Source: Eledone cirrhosa
Lineage: Eukaryota
Direction of reading: 5' to 3'
Assembly (NCBI GenBank): GCA_964016885.1
Contig: OZ024751.1
Span: 22,692,001 to 22,756,000, forward strand
Length of the DNA stretch: 64,000 bases
This document shows, one piece after another, positions 14,386 to 28,215 of the stretch (the first letter of the stretch is position 1; each line of letters starts with the position of its first letter). The notes beneath the pieces are model-generated. The model made no database searches. It was not told the DNA's origin and saw only the letters and a program-made list of their open reading frames with translations. A program made the position numbers and the translations under genes.

Positions 14386-14832
14386 GGCGGTGGATTGGCA
14401 GTATTGGTAAAGCGTTGGACAATATATTTTGCGGCATATGGCCCTTTACGTTCTGAGTTCAAATCCCACCGAGGTTAGCTTTGCCTTTCATCCATACGGG
14501 GTCGATAAAATAAAGTACTAGTAATGCACTGGGAGGTCGATTTAATCGACTTCACCCCCCCCCCCTCCCCTTCAAATTGCTGGCCTTGTGCCTAAAGTAG
14601 AAACAATTATTATTATTATTATTATCGCGATGGATTGGCAGTATCGGTAGAGCGTCGGACAATATGCTTTGTGGTATATGGGTGGCGAATTGGCAAGGGC
14701 GTTAGAACGTTGGAGAGAATGCTTTGTGGTATTTGTTTCGGTTCTCTGGTCTCTGAGTTCAAGTCTCAGCGAAGTCAGCTTTGCCTTTCATCCATTCGAG
14801 GTAGATATATAAGTTCTAGTCAAGTACTGGGT
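14386..14832 (+). mobile_element. SINE family A cluster: full long-form copy (14386-14610) plus two partial copies
   Basis: Long form retains gtcgatttaatcgact..cccc segment; ends gtagaaacaatta(tta)n; sits in (ATT)n. Confidence 0.85.
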
Positions 14833-15667
14833 TTGTTTCTTCCTCTCTATCTCTTATTTCTTCCATTCCCACACTCTCTATATCCTTCTCTGAAAGAAAT
14901 CTGCCCTATTCAGACCCGAGGAGGAGATGGGCCCGGCAGGTTTTAAAAATATTCTCCTAGAAACGCTGCATGTCAGTACGGCGCCCCTACAACTTCCTCG
15001 TGAGTTACAGGACCATGCATGCATGCAATTATTTATATAAACTGTAACATTTTCTTTTTAAAATATATTTCAAAAATATCTAACCATTCAATAGCTTTAA
15101 TTAGAAAAAATGTTAAATACAATGAAGTCAACAAAAAATATTCTCTAATATGAAGGGTTTCCATCGATCTTTATGCTTTTTTTCTGAAGGCCAGAAGCGG
15201 CCTGAAAACCTGCAGATGACTTCCCGCCTATTGCTATAGAACATCATGAGATGTGGGAGTTTATTTCAACGGAATGTTGATTCCATTTAATGAGGATCCA
15301 GTTCTGTTGCTGTGGCGGCAGCGGAGTCAACATACAACAGAATGCCATACTGATTCAATGATAATATTCTCCACTGATTAGTTAATTAAAAGCCTAATTG
15401 CCATTGTTTGACATTTGCAAAGCTTCGTGTGAGTTAGGCATTAATTATACGCCGGTTTAACACATACACTTCTACACTCACACAGACACATACAAACATG
15501 GACACACAAACACATATATACATGCGCATAGACACACATATATATACATACGCATAGACACACATACGCACTCATACAAACACGAACACACAGTGCTTTA
15601 AAACTTGTCTCGATAATCTATCCCCATTTGGCGCCCATGTCGCAATAGTATAGAAAAGATTTATGCA

Positions 15668-16035
15668 TCGGCAGAATCGGTACAGCGTCGGACAAAATGC
15701 CTTGTGCTATTTGTTTCAGCCCTTTACCTTCTGAGATCAAATCCCGCCGGAGTTAACTTTTCCTTTGATCCTTCTGGAGTTCGATAGATTAGATTATCAG
15801 TAAAATACTTGATACGATATAATCAAATCTCTGCATCCCCACTAAAATTGCAGACCTTGTGCCTAACTTAGAAATTAAAATCAATATTTCAAGGCGGTAA
15901 ATTGGTATAATCGGTAGAGTATTGGACAAAATTCTTTGTAGCATTTTGTAACATTTAGTTGCGACTTTCAAATCTTGCCGAAGTCAACTTTACTTTTTGA
16001 TCCTCCCTCCCTGGGGTCGATAAGATAAAGTACCA
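15668..16035 (+). mobile_element. Two older head-to-tail SINE A copies
   Basis: ggcagaatcggtacagcgtcggac..., aaggcggtaaattgg...ggggtcgataagataaagtaccag. Confidence 0.75.
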
Positions 16036-16427
16036 GATTGTTCAGTTGACCAAATCAACTGGAAAATATCATCGTCAGAACCGACGGAGAGCCATCAGCA
16101 TATAATATTTCATTTCTGTTTGAATAATCCACCCACGATACATAGTGTGACCAGATTACTGTTCAATCTAAGGCTTGACTCTGATTACTTATTTTATAAT
16201 TACCGATAATAACAGGTATTTAACATTTCAGTTTACATTACACTAATCACACAAACGACCATGCTCCACTATTATCATCATCATTAACATCAATAACAAC
16301 AACTACAACTATGCCACCAGTAAGAGCTCTTCTAAATTGTCGGTTAAGTTACTGTGGAAGGAGGCGTGGGTGTTTATCTTCAGCTGTGCCATCGACATGA
16401 CACACATCCCATTGTTGGTGATCTATA

Positions 16428-16650
16428 CGATAAATGCACCCAGTACACTCTGTAAAGTAGTTGGGCATAGGAGATAGGAAGCGCATCTAGCCGTATAAAA
16501 TCTATCTGCCAAACAAATGATCGGGAGGACACTTCAGCTGAGCTATAGACATGCACCCTCTCTAGTTTTGGTGATCAAAGTGATAAATACACCCAGTACA
16601 TTCTGTAAAGTGGTTGGAAATAGGATGAGTATCTAGCAGTAAACAAACGT
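16428..16650 (+). repeat. Two fragments of another interspersed repeat (cacccagtacactctgtaaagtggttgg...)
   Basis: Homologous segments at ~16430-16500 and ~16582-16645; probable SINE part. Confidence 0.55.
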
Positions 16651-17583
16651 GACAAACAAAGGATGGCAAAGACTTTTTAGTTGTGTCGAAGTATGACAAT
16701 TTCTTTAGTGTTGGCGCCATGATAAAATACAGTAGGTGGAGCGTCTGATCGTATGTCGGGTTCCCAGCCTGTCTGGAAGTTAGAGGCTCCAATTGAGTAC
16801 TGAGCGGTCTGAAACGAGACATTTAGCCTCTACTAGCAGGATAACAGGTGTTAAACGATGATAATGATGATGATGGTGGTGGTGGTGTGGGTAGTGGTGG
16901 TGGTGGTGGTGGTGATGGTGGTGATGATAAGATATATAATTTAATACATGTAAAACCACTGAGTTTAAACATATTAAGCTTGACTGTCGAATCACGTTTG
17001 TTTTTTTTTCAGTTGGATACACTGGACTAGAGCAACATATCTTGCATAAAGACACGACTTGCCTCCACAGCCGCCGCCCGATCTAGGATTCGAATTCACA
17101 ATGATACCATCGTGAACCCAGCCTCTTTAACCACTAAATCACGTGACTTAATCCGTTATTAATATGAAAATAATTGCTAAATCTACTTCGAACAGATAGA
17201 GTGATGTTTGTTTTCTTCCAAAAATTTCCATTCTTATAAACATTGAATGGAAAATTCTTCAATCATCTAAATATATCTGTTAGGGGTTATCATTCTGCAA
17301 TTTCCTATGGGAAATATTCCAACTGACTTGTTGCGAAGACACAATTGTCTATTAAGAAGTTCTTCAATCTGATGTATGACGACTAAGTTTACAAGTAGAA
17401 CATAAAGAGATGCAATCATCGAACCATCGATAATCGTAATCAATCACTCATTAGAAACAAAATAAGTGCTGTTCTTTTATTCAATTCAATTGTATTTCAG
17501 TTGACTTAACACATCGGAATCCTAGCAACAACATGATACGTTGTCAAACCATTCATATGTCCAGTCAATATATCTTAATATCT

Positions 17584-18282
17584 AAGGTAGTTCATTGGCA
17601 GATTTGGTAGAGCATCAAAGTAAATGCCATTGCGGTATTTGATCTTACTCCCTGCATTCTGAGTTCAAATCCTGCCGAGGTCAGCTTTGCCTTTCATCCT
17701 CCTGGGGTCGCTAGAATATAGTACTAGTCATGTACTGGGGTTGATTTAATCAGTTAGTATATCTTAATATCTCAGGTCGTACATTGACAAAATTGGTAAA
17801 GCATCGAATGAATTTCTATTGCGGTATTTGTTCTGGCTCCTTACTTTCAGAGTTCAAATCCCGCCGAGATCAGCTTTACCTTTCTTCATTCAAAGGTCGA
17901 TAAAATAAAGAACCAGTCAGGTACTTGGGGTTGATAAATCGACTTTCACTTTCACAAAATGCTTTGTGACATTTAGTTTCAGCCCTTTATGCTCTATGTT
18001 CAAATCTTGGCGAGGTCTACGCGGCCTTTCATCCTTCCATGGTTGATAGAATAAAATACCAGTTAAGTAATTGAGGTTGATATAACTGACATTCTTTTTC
18101 TCCACAAAATAAATTGCAATATTTCATTACAGTTCTCGTTGTTCTGTGATCAAATCTCGCGAGGGAAACTTTGCCTTTCATTCCGCCTTCCACAGTTGAT
18201 AGAATAAAGTACCAATCAAATACTTGGAGTTGATATAATAAAATTTGCCTTTCCCTCAAATTTGATGGCTTTGTGCCACAAT
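17584..18282 (+). mobile_element. Four head-to-tail degenerate SINE A copies
   Basis: Repeated gttcaaatc..cgagg..ttgcctttcatcc..gataaaataaagtaccag modules. Confidence 0.75.
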
Positions 18283-18709
18283 GTGTGACAAAGCTGCTCC
18301 TTTGAATTACAGATACAGCCAGTTGTTTGAACCGGAACAATGTAAAGTGAAGCGTCTTGTTCAAGGACACAACGCGCGGCTTGGTATGAACAGTAAATTT
18401 GATTTCCATTTTTAAAGCCATATCCTTGTTTTTTATTTAAAGAAATATCAAACACGTACAACCTGTCACCTTATCTCATTGCAAGCTAATTAATTTGATT
18501 GTGAATTTAAAACAAAAATCATTAACATATATATATATATAGAGAGAGAGAGAAGGTTATAGTTCACTTGAAGCATTGTGTAATGAGGTATAAACGTTTG
18601 AATATGTGTAATAAGGCCAAAACAATGCAGGTATGGACATAGAAAAAAGAATGCAATAGTGAAAGATATTGATGAGAATTCGTCTTTCACCTTGAATTTA
18701 TTTAAATGT

Positions 18710-18745
18710 CCTTAATTTTCGAGATAATATCTCTTCTTCGGAGGG
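18710..18745 (-). ncRNA. Degenerate minimal hammerhead-like motif
   Basis: Minus: ct-CCGAAGA-A-GAGAT-att-ATCTC-GAAA-AT-TA-ag, then AATAAA; core has a U-to-C change. Confidence 0.45.
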
Positions 18746-18843
18746 AAGTAAAGGTCTCAAACCAGCGTCTTTAAATCTCTAGCCAAGCCATGCTGACCGG
18801 AAATAGTATAGAGTATCTGTTCTATATATATATATATATATAT

Positions 18844-19065
18844 GAAACGAGTCAGGACCTCGACGACTGAGCTCTGGCCGTTTCGACAGCTAGATCCGAA
18901 TTAAGTCAGTAGTATGCTGCCGGCTTAGTTCGGATCTAGCTGCCGAAACGGACGGAGCTCAGCCGTCGGGGTCCTGACTCTTTTCATATTACCCACTCTA
19001 CTATCTTAAGTATCGAGTACTCTGGTGCGTTATAGTCCACCTGGTATCTTACCACACCTTCTTTG

Positions 19066-19068
<3 letters not shown>
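18844..19068 (+). mobile_element. Fold-back element family H1, copy 2
   Basis: Hairpin 18844-18985 containing GAAAC-GG..CC-GTC, plus the shared tail; (TA)n on both sides. Confidence 0.8.
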
Positions 19069-19103
<35 letters not shown>

Positions 19104-19703
19104 GTGCATTTATATGGTTATTTAGTCTGTTGTTGTTTTATTGTGTGATAGTTCCAGTAATTAGACCGGGACCTTGCTGAGGCATCGCTGTATATAGATA
19201 AATCAAAATAGATAAATAAATACAGTCAGAAAACCTATTTGATGTATGAAAGAGTGAATGCAATGATACTTCTGTTGAATTTCTACTCTATTTTATAACA
19301 TCACAACTGTTACATTGTAATTAAACCGAATTACATTCTTCTTCTTATCATCATCATCATCATCATCATCATAATTATTATTTTAAGGTCTTTTTTATGT
19401 TACTGTATGAACTGAGTTGCAGATTAAAAAGCACTAATCAGGAAGACCTTTGAAAATCGGTTGAAAAATCTTTAGATTGTAATTAGACATTAATTAATGG
19501 GATGTAGTAAAAATAAAAATTTTAAAATCTAATGAATAAAATTAATAAAATATAAAGTAAAAGAAATAATAAAACGAATTCGCTTAAAAAAATTTCTGAA
19601 TTTAAGATGTTTTGAATTTCTTAACATTTAATTTTTTCTTTCAATATTTGAAGAAGTGGAATAAAGTGTATGTGCGTGCATACATATATATGCTCACATA
19701 AAC

Positions 19704-19755
<52 letters not shown>

Positions 19756-19817
19756 TATATATGAATATATATGTGTGTATATATATATGTATATATACAT
19801 ATATGTTTGTATATATA

Positions 19818-19864
<47 letters not shown>

Positions 19865-19942
19865 ATATATATATATGTGTGTGTATATATATATATGTAT
19901 ATATACATATGTATATGTAAATATATTATACATATGTGTGTG

Positions 19943-19996
<54 letters not shown>

Positions 19997-20207
19997 GTAT
20001 GGTAACACATACAATTTGAAACTTGACAAAAAAGAAATACTATTGACTCTATGCCTAAGTAGCGAAGATCTCATTCATTTGTGGATAGGTTTTTTTTCAC
20101 CATTACACAGATGGCAGGTAAAAAGCATGCATCAAGTGATATAGATTTAATCAATTGCTAACGAAGTAATTGTCATATGCGGGTTGTTTTGTACGCTCTC
20201 TTTCGTT

Positions 20208-20271
<64 letters not shown>

Positions 20272-20273
<2 letters not shown>

Positions 20274-20378
20274 AACGAGTAGGCCCTACTCGTTCCTATT
20301 ACTCACTCTACTACCCTAAGTATTGAGTACTTTGGTGCGTTATGGTCGACCTGGTCCCTTACCACGTTTCCTTCGTTA
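20272..20378 (+). mobile_element. Fold-back element family H1, copy 3 (short hairpin)
   Basis: ggaacgagtagg-c-cctactcgttcc plus the shared tail; (TA)n on both sides. Confidence 0.8.
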
Positions 20379-20430
20379 TATATGTATATATATATATATA
20401 TAATAAGAGAATTTGGTTTTGTTTGATTCT

Positions 20431-20518
20431 CAGGTCTGATGAGCAGCTTGGAGTTGGAATTGTGTTTGTAACACAAATAAGGATCTTTAGTCACCCGTCC
20501 GTGAAACGTTCGTAACTG
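20431..20518 (+). ncRNA. Hammerhead-like motif with long degenerate stem II
   Basis: caggt-CTGATGA-gc...ttgtgtt-tgt-aacacaa...gt-GAAAC-gttc-GTA-actg in an island between (TA)n tracts. Confidence 0.6.
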
Positions 20519-20554
20519 AATCTAATCAATTAAAACGTCAACATGAAACCTCGT

Positions 20555-21336
20555 TTATATATATATATATTTATTATATATATATATATTTATTATATAT
20601 ATATATATTTATTATATATATATATAAATATATATAAATATATTTATTATATATATATATATATTTATTACATATATATATAAATATATATAAATATATT
20701 TATTATATATATATATTTATTATATATATATATATTTATAAATATATTTATTATATATATATATATTTATAAATATATTTATTATATATATATATTTATT
20801 ATATATATATATTTATTATATATATATATATTTATTATATATATATATAAATATATATAAATATATTTATTATATATATATATATTTATTATATATATAT
20901 AAATATATATAAATATATTTATTATATATATATATATTTATTATATATATATATATTTATTATATATATATATATATTTATTATATATATATATATATAA
21001 ATATATTTATTATATATATATATTTATTATATATATATATTTATTATATATATATATATATTTATTATATATATATATAAATATATATAAATATATTTAT
21101 TATATATATATATAAATATATATAAATATATTTATTATATAAATATATTTATTATATATATATATTTATTATATATATATATATTTATTATATATATATA
21201 TAAATATATATAAATATATTTATTATATATATATATATATATGTATTATATATATATATATATATGTATTATATATAAATATATATATATATAAATATAT
21301 ATATATATAAATATATATAAATATATATATATATAA

Positions 21337-21433
<97 letters not shown>

Positions 21434-21591
21434 TATATAAATATATAAATATATATAAATATATATATATATATAAATATATATATATAAATATATATAT
21501 ATATAAATATATATAAATATATATATATATATAAATATGTAAATATATATAAATATATATATATATAAATATATATAAATATATATATAAA
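20555..21591. repeat. ~1-kb interrupted (TA)n tract
   Basis: Almost pure A/T with tttatta and aaat interruptions. Confidence 0.95.
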
Positions 21592-22804
21592 TGGAGTAAA
21601 TCCGTCGGAAAAGTCCAGGAAAAAAGAGTGCTCTATGTAGGTAATAGAGCTTAATAATTATGTAATAAACAACATAAGGCATAGTAGTTCATATACTACG
21701 TTTTTATATTAATGGCAATGAGTAAGAGACAACCTTATTTAGCTATGCGATTTTTTTTTTAATACTGGGATATAGAACACTGATTAATACAACCTAAATA
21801 CTGCAACATAGCAAATTCATTTTATCTATAGTCTTCTATTTGAAAAGACATTAACATTACATCTCGTCTATACTCCGTTAAAGCTCATCAGAGCTGACAG
21901 TGTAAAATAGTACTTCATAGTATTCAAACAAGATAATTTAGATGGAGGACAATTCCGTAGCGTCTTGCAGCTCATCAGAGCTAATAGGAATAGTCTCTTG
22001 ATAGAAGTCAAACAAGACACGAGACGATGATTGAGATAGAAATTATTGGTAAGGTCAAAATAAGTAAATGTCAAAATACTTCAACGCTGAACTCATTAAT
22101 TTTAAAACAAAATAGATTTTATCGTAAAATCTAATTGAGGAAAAGCAAATAGAAGAAAAAAAAAAGTTGATAATAATCGAAACTATTCAGACTTCGTTGT
22201 GGGCATTTTAAATTATTTTTTTCTCTATAGATTACTTCTTTGATTAAAACATAAAAATTATAAAACGTTTCATTCATATTCCCGCTGGAGGTTGCTATTG
22301 TTGTTGTTATTGTTAATGATGTTGTTTAGCTCTAGGTCAGATTTGGTTAAATAGATTTATATTCACAAACGTTTCAATAATATTCTTTCTTTCTTTTATC
22401 AAACATTGTGTATTTAGGACAGTGTCACCGAAATGGAATAGACTCCACCGGGCTGTTTATACCCAAGATTCAATGAAGGGCAGCGTGCCCATTACCCTGG
22501 ATTGGGGGGCAAGGAAAAAGTGGGTAAGTGATTATAAAATGCTGGGAAGGAAAGCCGCAGAATTGTGTTATGCTCAGCCACTTACACATTAATTTTACCT
22601 GCAGTGGTCGAACAACTGAATCAATCGTTGTTAGAATCAAAGGAGATCCAACAACTAGTAAAATGAACCCTTGTGAAGATTTCGCATAAAATTTCAAATT
22701 CAGTTTGATATATGATTTACAAACAAGAAGAGATAGAAAAAAAAAGAATGGAGGGAAAGTGGGGTGAAAATAGAAGATAGTTGGGAAGGGTATGACTAGT
22801 CAAA

Positions 22805-23022
22805 ATAATTATTTCTGATTTAGGTGCAAGGCCAGCAATTTTGGGGGAATGGAAAGTCGATTAAATCGACCCAGTGCGTTACTTGTATTTTATTTAATCG
22901 ACCCCGTAAGGATGAAAGGTAAAGCTAACCTGGGCGGGATTTTAACTGAGAACGTTGGGGGCATAACACTATGCTGCACAACATTTTATCCGACGCTCTA
23001 CCGGCACTGCCAATCCATTGCC
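22805..23022 (-). mobile_element. SINE family A, long form
   Basis: Contains gtcgattaaatcgac segment and full head ctgccaatcca. Confidence 0.85.
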
Positions 23023-23825
23023 CTCTCATAGCAGAAATAATTAAAGATAGAATTTATTTTTTAAATTTAAATTTAAATTCATTTGAAAGGGAACTGAAGA
23101 TACAGACAGATACGTTAGCATATCGGGTTAAATGACTAAAAACAAAACAAAACAAAAAAGACAAAATAAGAAATATATAAAATGAAGAAAAGAATCGAAG
23201 ATGTAAAAATATTTTAAATAGTCTTCACACAGAACTCAACCCAAGAACGAGAAATGATTTAGCGGGAAAAATATTGGTAAAATCTAAATAAGCAAAATGT
23301 CAAGTTACTTGAGCAGTGAAATCATTAATTTTAAAACAAATAGATTTTATCCAAAAATCTATTTTGGGGGGAAGCAAACTCAAAGAAACAACTTGATAGT
23401 AATTGAAATTGTTTACAGAGTTAAATATGGGTATTTTATTGTTATTATTATTATTACCCTCTAGATTATTTCCTTAAATTGCGTTACTGATGGTTTGTCA
23501 GCTAGTGAAATCAAATTAAAATCTCTTGGGAATGTTAAATGAAAGTGGATCACAACCATGAAATCTTATAATTCACCCACTATCACTTTAAATCTATACT
23601 AGCTATTATTATTGTTAATGATGATAGTGGTGGTGGTGGTAATGAGGAGGATGAAGAGGATGAGGTGGTGGTGAGGGTGACGGCGGTGATTTAGTTCCAA
23701 GTCAACAAGCGATCGAGTAGGTTCTATCATAAAAATAATTCCAGCTGTGACCATCCAGTCTTTTTTTTTATTTCAGATGAGTAGATGATATTTCAGAAAA
23801 CGTTGTTGCTATTTCTAGCACGACA

Positions 23826-23970
23826 ATTCACACAGTTTCTGTCTATCCAATTTCATTCACAAGCCATTGGGCGTCCTCTAGGCAATGGTGAATGACACTT
23901 GTCCAAGATGCCACTCGCTGGTACCGAACCAAAAATATCATGATTGTAAAACGAACCACTTAACCACTCG
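23826..23970 (-). mobile_element. SINE family C (tRNA-headed), degenerate
   Basis: cacacagtttctgtctatccaatttcattcacaag...gacacttgtccaagatgcc...cttaaccac; homologous to 32286-32430 and 27575-27685. Confidence 0.65.
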
Positions 23971-25189
23971 ACCGTGATATACCAAAAGCACGTTGTGTCG
24001 TTCTTGTGGTTTTATTGGTGGACAAAGTTCTGGTAACGGGAATAATTGGCAGTCGTTAGAAGTGGTTGCCTGTAAAAGTGATGGCATCACCGAGAGAGCC
24101 ATTTAAAAAAATGTTGGCCACAAGACAGTTCCCGTGGTCACAAGTATGAAAATAAAACACATAATATTCAGCTTGCTTGTATGAGCATAGCTGACTATTA
24201 CATGAGGCTGACCTACGCGGTGAAGTGCCACATCCCACATGAGGTGCCTCTGATATTACTATCATAGAATAGTGTAGCAGAACACCACGGATTTAAAGGT
24301 GTAAGCCTCGATAAAAATCCTGCTTGTCTCATAGTAAGCACTAGTTCATGTGACGACCATCAGTTTAATTAAATTACCTCAGCGTCATGAACACCAGTGA
24401 CTTCGCAGATGATCAACTATTAATTCGGCAATGGGTTGGCACGACTGCTTCAGTTAGCGGAGAAATCTATAAATATGCAGAGGTGCCGAGACGTGTATAT
24501 TCTAGCTATTAGAAAAAGCAAAATACTTCACCTTCGATGGAAGGATTACTCAAGAAGAAGATATAATATTCATTTCTATAAAGTAGCCAGTCAGATTAAC
24601 AGTCGTTTCATTGGATCTAAACTTTAATCCGTTCTTACCAGGATAAAAACGAAATAGCTTTATTTGTTATTTAAGGCTGTCAGGGTTAGCGGTGGTTTCG
24701 TTAGATCAAACTTTTCCCGGGTCATACCTGGATTAAAATAGGTATAAGGATATTACATAACGTTATATAATAGTATATAGTAATTTCTATAAACAGAAAT
24801 GGCAAAATGATTTCCTCTTTCAGGCTTTGAAGTAGGCTTAAGAAGTAGTTCTTAGATTGAATTATTTAGCAATACAATAGTCGATGAGATGAATAGAAAT
24901 AAATCGATTATCCAGCTGGCTGACCGATTTTTGTTTTATCTTCAGCAGATAAACAAAAATGTTTCGGAAGCTAGGAGAACTCCGCCATCGCTGTCGTCAC
25001 TTGCTAAGCGCGATCGATTAACTCCGCCATTCATATTTGCACTAACGCTTCATTGATTTTCCCCGGGGCCACAAATCGATAAGATTTGAAAGGAAACGCT
25101 GAAAATCTGGTATCAAGAATAGGTATGGAATAAAGGCATACCTGCTGATAATAATTATTCGGCTTCCGAGCCAAGGAGGAAGCCTCTAG

Positions 25190-25530
25190 GCGGTCGCTCG
25201 ATCTACTGGTGATAGCAGCCAAATATTCCTCATATCACACTTGTGAACCTAGTGAATAGTATAGTCCTTAGAAAAACCGCAGTGGCCTCGATCTGACTGT
25301 CTTTGGTTATTGATCTTTTCGATCTGCTAGAAATAACAGCCAAACTTTCCGCACTTTGTGCCTTACTGTATTACAAAAGGAAGGTTGTACTGGATAATAC
25401 AGTATACTCTCAACCCGAAAAAAGGTGTGATGGTTACATAATGACTGTCTTTCATTATAGATGTTCTTGATCTGCTAGAAATAGTAACTAAACATTACTG
25501 ACGTTGTACCCTACTGTATTATAAAATGAA
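25190..25530 (+). repeat. Three tandem degenerate modules of repeat family D (gatctgctagaaatagcagccaaa...)
   Basis: Motif recurs at ~25200, 25321, 25469; related pieces at 23690-23820, 29400-29465, 32450-32590, 54660, 62105-62280. Confidence 0.6.
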
Positions 25531-25569
25531 GGTCATGCTGGGTGTTGAAAAAAGTCTATTTCTCAAGCC

Positions 25570-25780
25570 CAGAGGTCATCAGACAGGTGCTAATCCTGAT
25601 TTCATCTGCGTTATGTCACTAAGGATACATTGCTCCCCGTTCCTAAGGACACGACGCCAGTCCATTGCAGGGTTAAACCCCTATCTGCCTCTGGTACTCA
25701 TTTTCGAGTCGATTGGAGTAACGCACAATTCAGTCCAGGAATCGAACCCCTGACATGATCGTAAGTCCAAAACCCTACTT
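25570..25780 (-). mobile_element. Degenerate tRNA-headed SINE, distinct family
   Basis: gacgccagtccattgcagggtt...ggtactcatttt...ggaatcgaaccc (B-box on minus strand). Confidence 0.5.
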
Positions 25781-25805
25781 TCCCCTTTCAATATACTGGT
25801 TGACA

Positions 25806-25997
25806 TACGAGGGTCGACTGAATAGTTCACATGGTGACCAAGGTACTCGCATGGAATAACCAAATGAGGTTTATTTTTCAACATAGACCCAGGAAAGTAA
25901 CAATGGAGTTGGAATTGAAATTATTGTATGCAAGATTCCACAGCTCTAGCACCACTCCTTCATGATCAGCCTATGAACTTTTCAGCCGAGCCTCGTA
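25806..25997 (-). mobile_element. Tc1/mariner-type MITE, reverse orientation
   Basis: tacgagggtcgactgaatagttca ... tgaactttcagccgagcctcgta; interior is the reverse complement of the other copies. Confidence 0.8.
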
Positions 25998-26037
25998 TGC
26001 CTAAAAATACACAGCGTGTTTATTGTCTTGGCGAACA

Positions 26038-26192
26038 CCATACTTTGCAGCATAGAGTTACGGTCCTTTACGGTCTGAGTTCAAATCCCGCCGAGGTAAA
26101 CTTTGCCTTTCATCCTTACGGGGTCGATAAAATAAAGCACCAGTAATACACTGGATAATTGCTGGTCTTGTACCAATAGTAGAAATAATTAT
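26038..26192 (+). mobile_element. SINE A, 5'-truncated young form
   Basis: gagttcaaatcccgccgagg...gtagaaataattat. Confidence 0.85.
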
Positions 26193-26569
26193 AGATCTTC
26201 CCAAGCATGGTTTACTGGGATATAAACAATTATTTGACTGACATCTGAAGGAATATTAGATCACAAGGGAATGTTAGATTGCTCGTGACACAATTCTATC
26301 AGTCGGTCACATCCATTTCCATCATCGACTCTTAATTATGGTTACTGTCTTTAAAAGAATTGATTCGCTTATGAAGTCTTCGGGGTATTTCTTTCTTTCT
26401 TTCGTTTTATTTTAAAACTGATCTCTGATTGAACTGTTCTCTATATTTACAGAAGAAACATTATCGATTTTTTAAACAACTGTTAACCCAAAACGGCACG
26501 AGCTACGGAGGTGGGGGTGGGTCTAGCCGTGGGTGTAACCTCTGCTCTACTCCTGCTCTCACGTGAATG

Positions 26570-26895
26570 TCTGTGGTGTAGTGGATAGAGCGTTCTGTTC
26601 ACAGTAGTAAGGCCATGAGTTCAATTCCCAGACAGGGTGGCGCGTTGTGTTCGTGTGCAGGACTCTTTATTTATGTTCAATCAGCTGGCAAAAATAAATT
26701 GCAGTAGTACCTGTAATTCAAACGGGACCATTCTCGTCATACATTGTGTCAAACTGAGTCTCTCTGAGAACTATATTAAGAGTACACGTGTCTGTAGAAT
26801 GCTCAGCCACTTATACATTCATTTCGCGAGCAAGCAATTCCGTTGGTCGAATCAATCTTAGCACTCGTCGTCGAAACCGATGGTGACACAACAAC
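26570..26895 (+). mobile_element. SINE family B (tRNA-headed), near full length
   Basis: gtggtgtagtggatagagcg (A box), gagttcaattccc (B box), body acctgtaattcaaa..ctgagaacta..cagccactt, acaacaac tail; other pieces at 17030-17150, 18285-18400, 22560-22655, 31945-32030, 43905-44010, 58130-58235. Confidence 0.75.
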
Positions 26896-27274
26896 TGTTA
26901 CTCTTAACCAGTATACATCTATTGATTATCGGAGTATGTATATGCATACAGGCCTTGATTCAGAGTTATATACAAAAGATGGAGGATTGATATCATGTGA
27001 CGTTCATACGTCGATAATGTCCTTGAAAATAAGAGAATAGTAGGTAAACAGAAAAGGCTTTAAAGAGAAAATAATGGAAACCAAATCATTGATTTGATTC
27101 GCCAAAAGCTTCATTTCTTTTCTAGGCCATTCGCTCTCTTCTATTCACTTAATGATAGCGCGTTAATGGCAAGTTGATAGCTTGTTGATGGTGGGTTATA
27201 CAGGGATGATGGTAAATGGGTAACGAATAAGGAGGGAATAGAGAGCTACGAAGATAAAACGATGATAGATGTGA

Positions 27275-27279
27275 TAATA

Positions 27280-27314
<35 letters not shown>

Positions 27315-27388
27315 CGTAATGCCCAGCGGTGATCAACATGAGCGCCTTTAACATGATCATTATCAGTATTATGAACATGAGCAGAATT

Positions 27389-27423
<35 letters not shown>

Positions 27424-27732
27424 CATCACCACGTCGATCAAGGTGTACTTGGAGTTAAACAACAAAACCACAACCAAGAACAACAACTACTACTACCACT
27501 ACTGCTACTATTACTACTGCAATTACTACCAACACTACTACTAATAATACTACTATTACTACTACTATTGCAGTGTACGTCTACCCAATATCACTCATAA
27601 AGCCTAGGTCAACTCGTGGCTATTGTTTAGACATTTGCCCCTGATACCTCGCAGGCCCAAGGATTGCGGGGCAAACTTCTTAACTATTCTGCCCTGCCTG
27701 TACCCATTATAATGTGTCCGTATTGTCTATGA

Positions 27733-27787
<55 letters not shown>

Positions 27788-27840
27788 GGTGGTGGTGGTG
27801 GTGGTGGGTAGGTAGAAGTATTATTAGTAGTACCAGCTGA

Positions 27841-27899
<59 letters not shown>

Positions 27900-27961
27900 G
27901 TAGGTTGAAGTATTATTAGTAGTACCAGCTGAAGAAGTAGTAGTATTATTATTAGTAGTAG

Positions 27962-27997
<36 letters not shown>

Positions 27998-28215
27998 TAG
28001 TAGTAGTATCAAAAGTAGTAGTTATAGTAATAACAGTAATAGTAATAACAGTAATAGCAACAGCAACAGTAATAGCAACAGCAACAGTAATAGCAACAGC
28101 AACAACAACGGCAGGAACAGCAACAGTAGTAGCACCAGCAACAGTAGTAGCAACAGCAACAGTAGTAGCAACAGCAACAGTAGTAGCAACAGTAGTAGCA
28201 ACAGCAACAACACCA
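27275..28215. repeat. Mixed triplet repeats (GAT, CAT, TAC, TAG, TGG, AGC/AAC)
   Basis: Direct reading. Confidence 0.9.

Noticed and set aside
15180-15212. ctgaaggcc..ggcctgaaa hairpin
   Set aside because: Core is three nucleotides short and there is no stem III or stem I.
21880-21990. Two agctcatcagagct (CTGATGA minus) motifs
   Set aside because: No GAAA half at a workable distance; not callable as HHR.
24000-24420. Complex sequence suspected to be coding or transposon-derived
   Set aside because: Stops in the frames examined and no recognisable motif.
26570-26640. tRNA gene
   Set aside because: tRNA-like head continues into a multi-copy SINE body; no proper cloverleaf or terminator.
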